A program made the translations under genes and the position numbers. The notes under the pieces were generated by a model. The model saw only the letters and a list, made by a program, of their open reading frames with translations. It made no database searches and was not told where the DNA came from. This document shows positions 62,001 to 64,000 of a stretch of 64,000 nt of DNA, in pieces (the stretch's first letter is position 1; every line of letters begins with the position of its first letter). Source of the stretch: Octopus vulgaris (Eukaryota); assembly GCA_951406725.2 (NCBI GenBank), contig OX597820.1, positions 61,566,001 through 61,630,000 on the forward strand, given 5' to 3'.

Positions 62001-63646
62001 TCTTTTTTTGCTGCGTTTGTATTAGTTTGCTAAATTTCTTTTTTAATATAAAGAACAGAATATTTCTTCCATCAATATAATTTCGTTCAAAGAATACAAT
62101 TTTGTTGCGAAATTTGTTCTTAATACAGGAAGTAGAAGGAAGGCGGGGAAATAAAAGTTAGCTCTAAGTTCAAGGATATTTGATCTCAGAAACTTGAGTA
62201 ACAAAACTCAATAATGTTGCTGTTGTTTAGTTGCCCTGATGTTCATTCCGTCATCTCTATACAGCCCACTATTTAAAATGTTATCAAGAATCATGCACTC
62301 TGAATTTATATTATACTAGTTCATGACCCGTTGTTTAACACCAGATCAAAATACATATTAGTTTTTAACTGTTTTTATTTCTATATACAACGTTATATAC
62401 ACCAAGCCACAGGCTAGAAATTTTGACAATCAAACAATGTCTGTGTTTACAATATTTTTTAGTGAATTTAGCATTTTCATAATTGGGATGCCTGTAAGAT
62501 CCTCTTGTATACATTCTTCGTTCATGACAAAGTGTGCAATAATAAAATTTATATTAAAATCGCTGTACGAAAATAATCATTCGAGTATTTTCTGAAATGA
62601 TTGAATAGAGGAAACTGAAGTGGACAATGCTTTTGAGTAGTCTAGGTTACTTGTGTATGATGGTGGTGGGGAAGAGGTCGAAATAATAAAAACAATGATA
62701 GATAGATAGGTAGATCGATAAACAGATAAATGACAATTCTTATTGTAAAGAAAGTAATTTATTACAATTTTACAGAGAAAAACGAATATTTATTCGTAAG
62801 TTTTCTTAAGAGAAATTTAAAGAACGGAGATTCATCATTTTCTCTCCATTCTGTAACTAATTTATTTTCAAAAGAATAAAATATTCTATTTTTTAAAGTG
62901 GTCGCTTAATGTTTTTAACGACCGTGTTAAAAATTATATATATATGTGCCTGTGCATTCATTTATGCATTTATGCGTACGTACGTACATGTATACATAGA
63001 TATCTGTTTACATACAGAGCGAGAGAACGAGAGAGAGCAAGAGGGAGGGAGAGAGAGAGAGAGGGAGATAGAGAGTTGCGAATCAAACCGTAAGTTATAT
63101 TACAGATAGACATATTTCACAAAAATCATAATAATGATTAATTTCTAGCATAGATATTCGGCCAGAAATACGGTGGGAAGGTACAGTTAGTACGTAAAAG
63201 ACCTCAAATAATTGAAGAGAGCAATGTCGGCTAATATAGGCACATGGCTTCATATATTTGTCGAATATATATGCACAAGTTCACAAGGCAGGAGGATCCA
63301 GTTTGTTAACATAGGTACAAGGTTTCAAATATTGGGTGAAGAGGAGGTTAATTGGCTAACATTGGTACAGGCCCAAAACATAGGAGGCGGGTAGAAGCTT
63401 ACTATTATTTTATAGTTCAGTCTATGATTTTTATCAGTGCCTCGGAGACAAGTTGAAGAAGAAGGAAGTGTAAGAAAAGTTATCCTGAGGTTGGAGGCAT
63501 GGCCCCCAAATGCTTGCAACGGAGGGGACTCTACGTGGGTCGGCTGAAAATTTCATAGGTCGACCAAGATACTCCCATGGAATGTGGCCAACTGAGTTTT
63601 ATTTTTCAACATAGTTCTCTTTGTAGTCCATACACTTCTTCCATCG

Positions 63647-63710
<64 letters not shown>

Positions 63711-64000
63711 GCAGTATTGCCCGGCTCAACGGGGATTTCAGGGGAGAGTTTCAGTGAGTCGCTGGCGATGCATCGTGATGATCAAAAATCCGGCCTGCTA
63801 AAATTTGGTTAAAGTGATTCAAACTGCAGACTCAACGCAAAAACGTCACATTTAATTCAAAGCGTTAAAATGTTATGAAAACAATTGGTATATGTTCACA
63901 AAGTCCAAACGATTAATACTAAAAAACCCTCCAGGCTACATCCCGAAAATTAATTTCTTTGCCGAATTTCTACAATGTTTACGGCGATTTGTTTTATATC

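Overview
AT-rich, microsatellite- and SINE-dense animal genomic DNA. The repeat families, the C2H2 zinc-finger style and the intron sizes point to a coleoid cephalopod, probably Octopus (inference). Positions 314-33825 hold the 3' 17 coding exons of a + strand PFAS/purL (FGAM synthase) gene; I traced them by hand, and all have GT-AG boundaries and consistent phase. The 5' part of the gene lies upstream of the window. At 43020-44393 is a single-exon C2H2 zinc-finger array of 16 fingers, split exactly in half by one in-frame TAG while the downstream half stays in frame. The rest is repeats: modular tRNA-derived SINEs, RTE and REL-type LINE fragments, two decayed full-length mariners, hAT/pogo/piggyBac-like MITEs with visible TSDs, an unclassified long-TIR family with 8-bp TSDs, a 32-bp minisatellite and a Penelope-type minimal hammerhead motif. 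The best leads are possible stop-codon recoding of the ZNF (A-to-I editing or readthrough), candidate A-to-I recoding sites in PFAS, intronic inverted repeats, and a duplicated decoy splice acceptor. None of these can be proven from DNA alone.
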